Source: an uncultured delta proteobacterium (GTDB lineage: Bacteria > Desulfobacterota > Binatia > UBA9968). Taken from it: a DNA stretch of 64,000 nucleotides. Location of the stretch: NCBI GenBank assembly GCA_963816145.1, contig CAWFJP010000030.1:448001-512000 (forward strand). The letters run 5' to 3'. The position numbers and the translations under genes were made by a program. Shown one piece after another: positions 11,426 to 22,047 of the stretch. Positions within the stretch are counted from its first letter, which is position 1; each line of letters starts with the position of its first letter. The notes under the pieces are model-generated. The model ran no database searches, had not been told where the DNA came from, and worked only from the letters and a program-made list of their open reading frames with translations.

Positions 11426-11749
11426 CTACGCGCAATTGCCGACACGGACGCGGATCAGGTTTTCGAGCGGCATAATAGCCACTTCACCGTCCGACATTTT
11501 GCCGGAGCGAAGCGTCATGACAAGCATCTGCGCGACTCGAACCGCCTCATCGTCGTCAACAATCACGCCAATGCTGACTTCACTGGAATCGTCGCTATAC
11601 GTGACGCCGCGGTATTGTTTTAAGCTTAGCTGATCGCAACCGTCCCCCTCAGTCTCGGAAACCGAGAAGCGTCGGATTCTTTCGTGTCGCAGCGCTTCTT
11701 TGATTTCGTCCAGTTTGAATCGTTGGAAGCTCGCTTCAATCTTCTTCAT
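11426..11749 (-). CDS. Divergent P-II-like protein (107 aa)
   Basis: MKKIEASFQRFKLDEIKEAL...YRGVTY...SGKMSDGE...IRVRVG fits the P-II pattern with altered ligand motifs; GGGAG RBS. Confidence 0.85.
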   Translation of the reverse strand: MKKIEASFQRFKLDEIKEALRHERIRRFSVSETEGDGCDQLSLKQYRGVTYSDDSSEVSIGVIVDDDEAVRVAQMLVMTLRSGKMSDGEVAIMPLENLIRVRVGNCA

Positions 11750-11769
11750 AAACGGCTCCCAAGGGGCCT

Positions 11770-12456
11770 TTACTTCGCCTGAGGCGGAACGGTTTGAACT
11801 GACGGTTGAGCGGGCGCAGCGTTCTCCTTGGGAGCATCCTTGGTCTCTTTCTTTTCCGGAGCGGGTGGCAGTGGCGTCGCTTTGCCAAACTGCCGATCGA
11901 GCGCCAGATTGACCATCAGCACATTGACTCGCGGTTCGCCCAAGATGCCGAAGGTTCGCCCTTCCACATTCGAATCCACAACGGCCTTTACACGCTCCGC
12001 ACTGACGCCGCGTGCTTTCGCGACTCGCGGCGTCTGCCACATCATCGCTTCAGGTGAAAGGTCCGGATCGAGACCACTACCGGAGGTCGTGACAAGTTCG
12101 CCAGGAACGAGCGTCTTGGCATCCGGATTTTCTGCCTTCAGCCGTTTGACATCGTCCTTGATGCGGTCCTGCAGCTTCTTCGACGTCGGGCCGAGGTTGG
12201 AACCTGATGAGGCAGTCGCATCATAGCCCTTCTCCCCCGCTGCCGACGGCCGAGGCTGAAAGTATGCGGGATTAGCAAAGCCCTGGGCAATCAACTCGGA
12301 CCCCACAACTTGTCCTTTCTCATCCGTTACGAGACTGCCGTTTGCTCGCCAAGGGAAGAGCACTTGGGCGAGTCCGGTCATGACGAAGGGATAGACAAGT
12401 CCCGTGAGTACGAGAGTTACGATGGTCGCGCGCACTGCGATGATCATAGTTTTCAT
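11770..12456 (-). CDS. kdpC: K+-transporting ATPase subunit C
   Basis: ANGSL, GSELIAQ, YFQPRPSA, SGSNLGP, TSGSGLDP, GEPRVNVL. Confidence 0.96.
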   Translation of the reverse strand: MKTMIIAVRATIVTLVLTGLVYPFVMTGLAQVLFPWRANGSLVTDEKGQVVGSELIAQGFANPAYFQPRPSAAGEKGYDATASSGSNLGPTSKKLQDRIKDDVKRLKAENPDAKTLVPGELVTTSGSGLDPDLSPEAMMWQTPRVAKARGVSAERVKAVVDSNVEGRTFGILGEPRVNVLMVNLALDRQFGKATPLPPAPEKKETKDAPKENAAPAQPSVQTVPPQAK

Positions 12457-12465
12457 ATACAGCTC

Positions 12466-14522
12466 CTAGACAAGTCCGATAGCTTGCAATACTACATCGA
12501 CGAGCTTGATCCCAAGGAAAGGGGCGATGACTCCGCCGACGCCATAAATCAATAGGGAGCGAGCCAGCAATGGGCCGGCGCCGATCGGCCGATACTGCAC
12601 ACCCCGCAAAGCCAATGGAATGAGCAAAATAATAATGATCGCGTTGAAAATGACCGCTGAGAGAATCGCGCTCTGCGGCGACGCCAAATGCATGATGTTC
12701 AATGGCGCGATTTCGGGATACACAGTCATGAACATGGCGGGAATGATGGCGAAATACTTCGCCACATCATTGGCGATGGAAAAAGTCGTCAGCACGCCGC
12801 GAGTCATCAGCATCTGTTTGCCTATTTCGACGACCTCCAGCAGCTTGGTCGGATTGGAATCCAAGTCGACCATATTGCCGGCCTCTTTCGCCGCCTGCGT
12901 GCCCGTGTTCATCGCCACGCCGACATCGGCCTGCGCCAGCGCGGGTGCATCGTTGGTGCCGTCGCCGGTCATGGCAACCAGTTTTCCCTTGGCTTGTTCT
13001 TCTTTTATGAGCCGCATTTTTGCTTCCGGCGTTGCCTGCGCGAGAAAATCGTCGACGCCGGCTTCGCGCGCAATCGCGGCCGCGGTGCGCGGGTTGTCGC
13101 CGGTGATCATCACGGTGCGAATACCCATGGCGCGGAAGCGCTCGAAGCGCTCCTTGATGCCGCCCTTCACCACGTCCTTCAAATGAATCACGCCGAGAAT
13201 CTTGTTGCCTTCGGCGACAACCAGCGGCGTGCCTCCGCTATCTGAGATTCCGTGTGTGATGCCCTCGACTTGCGAGCCCACCGTCCCTCCCAATTCCTCA
13301 ACGTAGGCGGCGATCGCTTCCACCGCCCCCTTGCGGATTTTACGTCCGTCGAGATCGCAGCCGCTCATGCGGGTTTCAGCACTGAAGGGAATAAAGTGGG
13401 CGCCGATCTCGGTCACGTCGCGACCGCGCAGCCCGTATTTCTCCTTGGCGAGCACGACAATCGATCTCCCTTCCGGGGTTTCATCGGCCAGGCTCGAAAG
13501 CTGCGCCGCGTCGGCCAAGGTCTCCGCACGGGCGCCGTCGACGGGGATGAACTCAGTGGCCATGCGATTACCCAAGGTGATCGTCCCGGTTTTATCCAAG
13601 AGTAACGTGTCGACATCGCCTGCGGCCTCGACGGCGCGCCCGCTCATCGCCAATACGTTCTTGCGCAGCAGACGATCGATGCCGGCGATGCCGATAGCCG
13701 AAAGCAAGCCGCCGATCGTCGTCGGAATCAAACACACGAGCAAGGCGACGATCACGGTTAATGAAACGTTAGGCATGCCGGAGTAAAGCGCCAGCGGCAC
13801 AAGGGTCACGCAGGCGAAAAGAAAAACCAGCGTCAGGCCGGCGAGCAAGATATTGAGCGCAATTTCATTGGGCGTTTTTTGCCGCTCCGCGCCTTCCACC
13901 AAAGAAATCATCCGATCCAGGAAGGATTCTCCGGGGCTCGCCGTGATGCGCACGACGATGCGGTCGGACAACACTTTTGTACCGCCAGTCACCGCCGAAC
14001 GATCGCCGCCGCTCTCGCGAATGACCGGCGCGGACTCGCCGGTGATCGCCGACTCGTCGACCGATGCGATGCCTTGAATCACGTCGCCGTCGCCGGGAAT
14101 GATTTCGCCCGCTTCAACGACAACGGTATCTCCTTTGCGGAGCGCCGACGCGGGCACTTTTTCTTCACGGTTGCCGTTGACCAAGCGCCTCGCAGTAGTT
14201 TCCTGGCGCATTTTGCGCAGCGTCGCGGCCTGGGCCTTACCGCGACCTTCGGCGACTGCCTCGGAAAAATTCGCAAAAACGACGGTGAACCAGAGCCAGA
14301 AACTAACATTGAACGTCCACCACAGCGGCTGCGATCCTGGCACGGGCGCAATCATGTCGCGAGCCAAATCAGCGTCGTAATCACGCTACCGATCTCGACC
14401 ACGAACATGACGGGATTTTTGATCACGTGCTGCGGCACGAGCTTGCGAAAGCTCTCCCCGATTGCTGGGCGGAGAATTTCCGGGTCGAAAAGTGAACGGT
14501 CTTTTAAGCGAGTGTCTGCCAT
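12466..14522 (-). pseudogene. kdpB: K+-transporting ATPase subunit B; -1 frameshift near 14362 as assembled
   Basis: [28 protein letters not shown]; N-terminus MADTRL...KNPVMFVVE lies in another frame. Confidence 0.95.
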
Positions 14523-14523
14523 G

Positions 14524-16248
14524 TTAGTAAACCTTTCCTGCCAGGGCGACAAAGTGTTCGACAATAGGCCCGAGCGCTAGTGCGGGGAAGAAAGTTAACG
14601 CCCCAACGATAAGAACCACGCCGACCAACAGCACCACAAAGAGCGTCCCGTTTGTCGGGAAAGTGCCCAAGCTTTCGGGCACAGCCTTTTTGCCAACCAT
14701 ACAGCCGGCAATGGCGAGAACTGGAATGATCATTAAATAGCGGCCCATAAGCATTGTGAGACCCTGTGTCACATTGAACCAGGGAGTGTTGGCATTCAGT
14801 CCGGCAAAGGCCGAGCCGTTGTTGCCGGCGGCGCTACTGTAGGCGTACAAGATCTCGCTCAGCCCGTGCGGGCCATTGTTGTTGAGTGACGAGAGGCCAT
14901 ATGGCGCCACTGCCGACCAGCCGGAGAAGTAGAGAATTATCAGCGGAAAGATCAGCACGTAGAGCATGGCGAGCTTGACCTCCCGCGCTTCAATTTTCTT
15001 GCCCAGATATTCGGGAGTGCGCCCGACCATCAAGCCGGCGATAAACACGGAAACAAGAACGAAGACCAGCATAGCGTAAAGCCCCGCGCCGACACCGCCG
15101 AAAATCAATTCGCCGAGTTGAATGTTCAACAAGGGCACCAGGCCGGCGATAGGATTGAAACTATCGTGCATGGAGTTGACCGAGCCGTTTGACGCGTCGG
15201 TCGTTGCCGTCGCCCAAGTCACCGAGTTAGCGACGCCATAACGAACTTCTTTCCCCTCCATGTTGCCGGCGGTTTGATCCACGGCCAAACCTTGCATCAC
15301 CGGGTTGGGCTTCGCTTCGAAGTAATAAGCCGTCGTCACGCCCATAAAAAACAAAATCGCCATCGCCCCGAAAAGCGTCCAGCCTTGCTTGGTGTCGCGC
15401 GCCATGAGGCCATACATGTAGGTCTGCGCCGCCGGGATCGCGAGGATTGCTACCATCTCGATAAAATTTGCCAGCGGACTACCGCCCTCGAACGGATGGG
15501 CGCTGTTGACGTTGAAAAAACCGCCGCCATTGGTGCCGAGTTGTTTGATCGCAATCTGCGATGCCGCCGGCCCCATCGCCAGAGTCTGCTTCACTCCTTC
15601 CAAGGTTGTCAGCTCGACGTAGGATGAAAGGTTCTGCAGAACTCCCTGCCAGACCAGCACCAACGCCATGACGATGGAAAATGGAATCAGGAGATAGATA
15701 ACAGACCGATTTAGATCCACCCAAAAATTGCCGATGGTTTTGGGCGCGCCGGGCTCAAGGCGATAGGTCAAGCCGCGCGCGATCACCAACATGACGCCAA
15801 TGCCGACGCCGACCGAGATAAAATTGTGCCAGGCGAGCCCCGCCATCTGAGTCAAATAGCTCATCGTCGACTCGCCACCGTAGGCCTGCCAGTTCGTATT
15901 GGTGGTGAAGCTCGACGCTGTGCCGAAGGCGAGATCAGCCGGCAACGGGCCCGAGGTTCGCGGGATTTAACGGCAGCACATGCTGCAGCCGTTCGATGGC
16001 GTAAGTCACCAGCATCGTGACGGCGCTGAAGAGCAGCATTGCCAATACTATACTGTTTCCAGTCTTGTTGCTCTTTCGGGTCAACACCGCACAGGCGATA
16101 AATCAACCTCTCGATCGGGACCGAAGAACCGTGGCAAAGGCTGGCCGTCACCCTCGAAGATACGAAACATGTAGATGCCGATGGGCTTGGTTACAGCCAA
16201 AATTACTAGTGCGTAAAGTAATATCTGAATCCATCCAGTTAGTGTCAT
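14524..16248 (-). pseudogene. kdpA: K+-transporting ATPase subunit A; three +1 frameshifts in the 5' part (about 16117, 16042, 15944)
   Basis: Filter motifs TNTNWQ, TNGGG, SNGS, NNGS; GRTPEYLGKK; N-terminus MTLTGWIQILLY...KPIGIYM reconstructed across frames. Confidence 0.95.
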
Positions 16249-16331
16249 GACCTCTCCCGATTTCGCACGCGTGCAAATCTATCGCCGCGATTTCGCAGCA
16301 ACGCGATGCAATTCTTCACTAAGATTTTTCT

Positions 16332-16421
16332 CTAAAACTTCTCTGGCCACAGCAGGGCATAAATCAAATAGCCCATGATCAAAAACGACACGATTATTCC
16401 GATCACATATTCCAGTGTCAT
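16332..16421 (-). CDS. kdpF: KdpF (29 aa)
   Basis: MTLEYVIGIIVSFLIMGYLIYALLWPEKF with GGAGG RBS, upstream of kdpA; below the ORF-track length cutoff. Confidence 0.92.
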   Translation of the reverse strand: MTLEYVIGIIVSFLIMGYLIYALLWPEKF

Positions 16422-16431
16422 ATGCCCTCCC

Positions 16432-16515
16432 TTACAGACGATCGCAGCCACGGACGTACACCCATGCGATTATAAAAAACACCACCGTGACAATAATAAG
16501 TATAACGTCAGCCAT
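16432..16515 (-). CDS. Second small hydrophobic kdp peptide (27 aa, KdpG-like)
   Basis: MADVILIIVTVVFFIIAWVYVRGCDRL with AGGAG RBS; first ORF of the operon. Confidence 0.75.
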   Translation of the reverse strand: MADVILIIVTVVFFIIAWVYVRGCDRL

Positions 16516-16557
16516 TTGACCGCTCCTAAGAATCGACTAAGCTGCCAAATCGCTAAC

Positions 16558-16572
16558 GCAAGCGGAATGCCA
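16558..16572 (-). promoter_or_regulatory. Sigma-54 promoter of the kdp operon
   Basis: Minus strand TGGCATTCCGCTTGC (GG-N10-GC), about 43 nt upstream of the first ATG. Confidence 0.8.
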
Positions 16573-16624
16573 CCTTCTTCCGCAGCAAAGTGCTGGCTTT
16601 TCAGACCAAATAGCCAGTGACGGG

Positions 16625-16668
16625 TTGTACTTTGCAGGATGTACGATCGCCGTGATTGCAAAATGCAA
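16625..16668. promoter_or_regulatory. Putative enhancer sites (TTGCA-N3-TGCAA pair)
   Basis: TTGTACTTTGCAG, overlapping TTGCAGGATGTAC, and TTGCAAAATGCAA; a near-identical pair lies at 18105-18140. Confidence 0.65.
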
Positions 16669-16798
16669 CGGCGCAGTGAGAGGTGACTTGCCAGGAGGAG
16701 AAACAAGATCTTGCTCCGTCATCTCGGTCGGCTCTCTCGACATCAGGCGCCTACAAGCTATTCCACCTTTTGCCTTAACGGTAGCGAGATGTTCAGAC

Positions 16799-16813
16799 CG
16801 GCTGAATATTTGC
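16799..16813 (+). promoter_or_regulatory. Possible divergent sigma-54 promoter for the antiporter gene
   Basis: CGGCTGAATATTTGC (GG-N10-GC, weaker match), about 42 nt before ATG 16855. Confidence 0.45.
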
Positions 16814-16854
16814 GAGGCTAAACTCAGCTCACAAAGCGGCTAAGGGCGCTATCC

Positions 16855-18027
16855 ATGGCATCAATCATTGAACAAGCGGAGATCGTGCTTCTGGTTACAG
16901 CAATCGTGGGCATGCTGGCTCGCCGACTCCGCATCCCCACCACGGCGGGACTAGTGGTCGCCGGGCTCGGCCTCGCGCTCGTGCCTGGGACCATCGACAT
17001 AGCTTTAACCAAGGAGCTGATCTTTGATGCATTCCTGCCACCGCTGGTTTTTGAAGCTGCATTGCATATTAATTGGCGCGAGCTGCGGAAGGATTCGGCT
17101 GTAATCCGGACGTTGACCACATTAGGGGTTTTGCTAACTGCCAGTGCGACTACGGCCGGGATGCATTATCTCCTTCACTGGGGTTGGCAAGCCGCCGCCG
17201 TGTTTGGAATATTGGTCGCCGCGACCGATCCTGTATCGGTCATTGCGACATTCAAGGAGGCGGGGGTGACTAGCCGGTTGCGCCGGTTGCTTGAAGCAGA
17301 GAGCCTGTTCAACGATGGTATCGCGGCCGTGGCTCTCAGCGCCGCGATCCTCTTTATAATGGGCGAGAAAGTCACCGCTTTTGATATTGGCCGGACGCTG
17401 ATTGCGAGCATTTTCGGAGGAATATTCTGCGGCGGAGTCATTACATCGGGAATCCTGATGCTCGCGGGCCGGACCACAGACCATTTGACTGAAATCACCC
17501 TGACCACAGTGGCGGCTTATGGGTCATTTCTGCTGGCGGAGCGATTGCACCTCTCGGGAGTGCTGGCTTCGCTCACCGCCGGGTTAATTGTCGGCAATGC
17601 CGGTTACTTGCGTTCAATCGTTAGCCGCCAAGCCATTGAGTCTTTCTGGGAGTACGCCGCGTTTCTGGCAAACTCATTCATCTTTGTTTTGATCGGCATC
17701 CGAATCTGGCAGCAGGATTTCGCCAGCGTTGCCAGTATTGTCCCAATTGCCGTGGCTATAACCATTGTTGGCCGTGCAGTTGCGATCTATCCCTGCTGCG
17801 CTCTATTTGCCCGCTCGACGCTCCGAGTGGAACCTCGGCACCAGCACATTTTGTTTTGGGGCGGTCTGCGCGGGGCTCTCGCGCTGGCACTGGCACTCGG
17901 TCTAACTGCTGGGTTGGCGCAACGGGACGAAATTATCACGACAGTTTTTGTGATCGTTGCCTTTTCTATTTTCGCCCAGGGCTTAACGATGCCCACCCTG
18001 CTACGCAGGCTGGGAGAGGTCCAGTAG
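16855..18027 (+). CDS. CPA1 family Na+(K+)/H+ antiporter (NhaP/NhaG-like)
   Basis: FLPPLVFEA, ATDPVSV, AESLFNDG, WGGLRGAL. Confidence 0.92.
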   Translation: MASIIEQAEIVLLVTAIVGMLARRLRIPTTAGLVVAGLGLALVPGTIDIALTKELIFDAFLPPLVFEAALHINWRELRKDSAVIRTLTTLGVLLTASATTAGMHYLLHWGWQAAAVFGILVAATDPVSVIATFKEAGVTSRLRRLLEAESLFNDGIAAVALSAAILFIMGEKVTAFDIGRTLIASIFGGIFCGGVITSGILMLAGRTTDHLTEITLTTVAAYGSFLLAERLHLSGVLASLTAGLIVGNAGYLRSIVSRQAIESFWEYAAFLANSFIFVLIGIRIWQQDFASVASIVPIAVAITIVGRAVAIYPCCALFARSTLRVEPRHQHILFWGGLRGALALALALGLTAGLAQRDEIITTVFVIVAFSIFAQGLTMPTLLRRLGEVQ

Positions 18028-18104
18028 GATATTCAGATCTCCCTGATTATCAGCAGATCGATTGCGCAATTATTGCTTTTTGAAAGAACGCTATGGCCGA
18101 CAGC

Positions 18105-18140
18105 TTGCAAATTGCAACCATCGAGAGTTGTACCTTGCAG
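18105..18140. promoter_or_regulatory. Putative enhancer sites (TTGCAAATTGCAA, TTGTACCTTGCAG)
   Basis: Same motif pair as 16625-16668, upstream of a sigma-54 promoter. Confidence 0.65.
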
Positions 18141-18260
18141 TCGCAGGGATAGTTTTGAGCCAGCCGGTACATTCGCCTGCTATCTAAATGCCCGCCAGCA
18201 GTGCTTATTCGATTCATGCGTTAAAGAAAGTACGATTAGAATACTTTGACGCTCGGACCG

Positions 18261-18275
18261 TGGCACGCGTCATGC
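18261..18275 (+). promoter_or_regulatory. Sigma-54 promoter of the usp-RR-cmk/BON-secDF gene run
   Basis: TGGCACGCGTCATGC (GG-N10-GC). Confidence 0.8.
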
Positions 18276-18312
18276 TTTAAGCATCTATCAAATGTACTGG
18301 CGTGAGGTCGCT

Positions 18313-18807
18313 ATGAAGAAAGTCGAAAAAATCTTGGTTCCCACAGATCTTTCAAAATCCTCGCTGGCAGGTGTCGGATACGCCCTTAACCTCGCCAAAA
18401 CGCTCGGCGCGGAAGTAACCGTTCTTCACGTCGTGAGTTATGAGGATTTCTTACGTTATGGGGAAAAACTCGCCGAACAAATAGCCAAAGACCCAGCGTT
18501 CCGCACGCCTGATCCTTTCATGAAGGAATACGAAACGGCGCTGCAACGATTTCTCGCTGACAATTTTTCCGACCTGATTCCCTCTGTTCAGGTCCATGAA
18601 CAGGTAGACGTAGGCGACTTCGACGAAAAAATTGTCTCGCAAGCAAGGAACCTGAATATTGACCTGATCGTTTTCTCGGCCCACGAAAGAAAGGGTATTG
18701 CTCGCTTCCTGAGGGGTAACATGACCGAAAAGGTAACCCAAAAGGCACCATGCCCGGTGCTATCGATCCGGTTGGAGCGGACCGAGAGAAAGCTTCAGGC
18801 CGCGTGA
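18313..18807 (+). CDS. Universal stress protein
   Basis: KILVPTDLS...TVLHVV...DLIVF...APCPVL; GAGG RBS favours the start at 18313. Confidence 0.9.
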   Translation: MKKVEKILVPTDLSKSSLAGVGYALNLAKTLGAEVTVLHVVSYEDFLRYGEKLAEQIAKDPAFRTPDPFMKEYETALQRFLADNFSDLIPSVQVHEQVDVGDFDEKIVSQARNLNIDLIVFSAHERKGIARFLRGNMTEKVTQKAPCPVLSIRLERTERKLQAA

Positions 18808-18884
18808 TGGTTTCCTTAGTCAATACGAACGCGATGGCCAAGGTTCTTTTTATCGTCCAGAGATGAGTCGGACGCGGTGCAATC

Positions 18885-19541
18885 ATGAGTAAATCACAGG
18901 TTCGCATTCTCGTCGTCGACGATGAACGCAACATTCGCAATAATCTCTCCGCGCTGCTCGATTCTGTAGGGTACAAGGTAGACACAGCCAGCAACGGCGA
19001 CGACGCCCTGCTGCGCGTCAAAGCAGGGCTCTACGATATCGTCTTGGTCGATATTCAGATGCCGAAAATGGGCGGCCTCGAACTGCTCGGCCTCCTGCGC
19101 GGGCTCAGGCCGAGAATGCCAGTCGTGATGTTAACTGCCCACGGCACGGTAGCGCGGGCGGTCGAGGCGATGAAGCTCGGAGCGGTGGACTTTATAGAGA
19201 AGCCGTTCGATCCGAAGAATCTGCTCTTGCTCTGCGAAGAGATCCTCGAGCGGCAAAAACTCGGTATGAGCGGAACTGTCGATGAAATGCTTCACCTGGC
19301 GGAACTGGCTCGGCAGCGCAAGGCCTACATTGAGGCGCGCGTCCACCTAAAGATTGCCATGATGCGGGATCTCACCCGTCCTGAACCTTATTATCAACTG
19401 GGGCAGCTTTCTGAGCTTAACGGCAACCCGCGCGAAGCCGTGCACTATTACTATATGGCCCTAGAGGCGAGTTCCACGTTCGCGCCGGCGCGTGAAGCTC
19501 TCAAACGGCTGGGGCATCTCGATGCCAGGCCAACGGCATAA
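18885..19541 (+). CDS. Response regulator, REC plus TPR-like output (paralog 2)
   Basis: VVDDERNIR, VDIQMPKM, EKPFDP, PEPYYQLG; clearly homologous to 5069-5710. Confidence 0.85.
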   Translation: MSKSQVRILVVDDERNIRNNLSALLDSVGYKVDTASNGDDALLRVKAGLYDIVLVDIQMPKMGGLELLGLLRGLRPRMPVVMLTAHGTVARAVEAMKLGAVDFIEKPFDPKNLLLLCEEILERQKLGMSGTVDEMLHLAELARQRKAYIEARVHLKIAMMRDLTRPEPYYQLGQLSELNGNPREAVHYYYMALEASSTFAPAREALKRLGHLDARPTA

Positions 19542-19553
19542 AGGCACAAACCC

Positions 19554-20384
19554 ATGTCCATTATCACAATATCTCATGAAGCTTTCGGCGATGGTCGAGC
19601 AATCGCGGAGCGGGCGGCGGAACTCCTCGGATATCGCTGCATTAGCCGAGAAGTGCTGATCAAAGCTAGCGAGCGTTACGGCATCGCGGAGGCAAAATTA
19701 GTCGAAGTCCTGGAACAAAGACCGCATCACTGGTGGGCCGAATGGCTGCAGAGCCGCGGGATTTATCGCATCGTGCTCCAAGCAGCGCTATGCGAGCTCG
19801 CCCAAGACGGAAACATTGTTTACCACGGCCGCGCCGGTCAGGAATTTTTCCCCGGCATCCGTCATGTGCTGAATGTTTTCGTGGACACCCCGACGGAGTC
19901 GAGGATAAGACAAGTCATGGCGCGCAAGGGTCTCACCGAGGAAGCCGCGCGAAGATACCTGGAAGAGTTGGACAATATCCGCGCCCGCCGCACTCGAGAA
20001 TTATTCAAAATCGACTGGCGCGATCCGACACGATACGATCTCGTGCTAAACACCGCCAAGACGACTGTGGAGACAGCGGCTCGCATGATTGCCGAGGTTT
20101 CTCAGCGCGAGGAATACCGGCCAACTGCCGAGTCTTTGCAAGCCGTTAAGGATCTAACCATCACCGCTAGGGTGGAGGCCACGCTTGTAGTCTCCCGTCT
20201 GGAAATTTCAAACCTCGAAGTCGAAACCCGCTGCGGCGAGGTTCACGTCGGCGGCGTCATCCTCGCGGAAAGCATCAAAGATCTCGTGGCCGATAGGATT
20301 AGAAAGATTCCTGGCGTGACGGGAGTAAAAACTCATTTTGTGATCACGGCACCGGAGCATTGCTTGTATGGCGACTCACGGTAG
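19554..20384 (+). CDS. Cytidylate kinase-like protein with C-terminal BON domain
   Basis: IITISHEAFGDG, VYHGRAG, YDLVLNT; BON-like ITARVEATL...GEVHVGG...IPGVTGVK. Confidence 0.8.
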   Translation: MSIITISHEAFGDGRAIAERAAELLGYRCISREVLIKASERYGIAEAKLVEVLEQRPHHWWAEWLQSRGIYRIVLQAALCELAQDGNIVYHGRAGQEFFPGIRHVLNVFVDTPTESRIRQVMARKGLTEEAARRYLEELDNIRARRTRELFKIDWRDPTRYDLVLNTAKTTVETAARMIAEVSQREEYRPTAESLQAVKDLTITARVEATLVVSRLEISNLEVETRCGEVHVGGVILAESIKDLVADRIRKIPGVTGVKTHFVITAPEHCLYGDSR

Positions 20385-20510
20385 AAAATTGTCTCGACTA
20401 TGGATCATCCATGAGAGCCGCCTGACCCATTTGAACCGTACCACCCGTTTCCGCGCCGCAAACCCCGCGCTCGAAAGGGTTGGTGTCATTTTGCGACAAC
20501 GAGCTCACTC

Positions 20511-22047
20511 GTGACGACTTTACGCTATCGAACCTTGCTGTTTGTGATTCTCGCCCTCACTGCGAGCGTTTTTCTGTTGCCGACCTTTGCGCAGACGCCG
20601 TCTTGGTGGCCGTGGCAGCAGGCGATTCGCCTCGGACTGGATTTGCGCGGCGGGACCCATTTGCTCTATGCAGTCGACATCGACCAAGCGATCGCCAACG
20701 GTGTCGAGCGTCAACGGCAGGATCTTGAAAGAGAGCTGCGCGACGCCCAGGTCGGGACGGTGACCGTCGACCGTGATCAGCTCTCGATCCGCGTGCGCTT
20801 CGGCAATCGCGACAAACGCACGCAGGTCACGGAGCTAATCCGGCGCCGCTTTCCAAATCTCCGCATCGCCGAGAACGCTAACTCGGAGGCTTCGGACTTG
20901 AGTTTAAGTCTAGAGCCGCGCGAGGTCACGCGCATGCGCGACAGCGTCGTTGAACAGGCGCTCAAAATCATTCGTAACCGCATCGATCAATTCGGCGTGG
21001 CTGAACCGACGATCCAGAAGCAGGGATCGAGCCAGATCGTTGTGCAGTTGCCGGGCATCCAGGATCCCCAACGCGCCAAGGAGCTGATCGGCCGCACGGC
21101 TCAACTCGAGTTCAAGCTAGTAGCCGTACAGCCGGGGCCTGGCGTGGAGTCACTGCCAGGTAAGGGCGACGCGGGAGGACGTGGCAACTTATCTTGTGGA
21201 AAGGCGCGCCCTGCTCACGGGAGACTCCATTGTCAACGCCTCGGTGCGACCGGGCGGTGGAATGGAGGGCATGGCGGTGGATTTTCAATTCGACGCTCGT
21301 GGCGCCCAAGTATTCGGCGACCTCACGAAAGCCAACATCGGCCGCCAGCTGGCGATTGTTCTGGACAACCAGGTCGAATCGGCGCCGGTGATCCGCGATG
21401 CCATCACCGGCGGGCGCGGCCAGATCACCGGCAACTTCGACGTCGCCGGAGCCCAAGATCTGGCCAACGCGCTGCGCCACGGCGCGCTTCCCGCGCCGCT
21501 CAAACTGATCGAGGAGCGCACGGTCGGCCCGTCTCTCGGCCGAGACTCTATCCAAAGCGGCATCGTTTCGTTTGTCGTCGGCAGCGCGCTCGTGTGGATC
21601 TTCATGGCGGTTTACTACCGTGGCGGCGGACTGATCACCGATCTAGGATTGCTCCTGAACGTACTGCTGCTGCTCGGCGCCTACGCGGCGTTTGGTTTTA
21701 CTTTGACGCTGCCCGGGATCGCCGGGGTTGTGCTGACCGTCGGTATGGCCGTGGACGCGAACATCCTCATCCTCGAGCGCATGCGCGAAGAACTGCGCCT
21801 GGGCAGATCCGCTCGCGCCGTCATCGAGGCGGGCTATGACCGCGCTTGGAGCGCTATCCTTGACAGTAACATCACACTGTTTCTCTCTGGCGTCATCATG
21901 TTCCAGTTCGGCACCGGCCCGGTGCGCGGCTTTGCCGTGACACTGTGTCTCGGCATCGTGACGACGCTGATAACTTCGGTGTTCGCAACCCGCGTCGTGT
22001 ACGACTGGCTCGTCAGTCGGAAGCGCCTCGCAACGTTAAGCGTATGA
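20511..22047 (+). pseudogene. secD: Protein translocase subunit SecD; frameshift near 21180 as assembled
   Basis: RLGLDLRGG, IRNRIDQFGVAEP, IVVQLPG, GALPAP, VGPSLG, GMAVDANILILERMREE. Confidence 0.93.

Noticed and set aside
20385-20510. VemP-like arrest peptide upstream of secD
   Set aside because: Only 4-codon ATG-initiated ORFs and no signal-peptide-bearing leader
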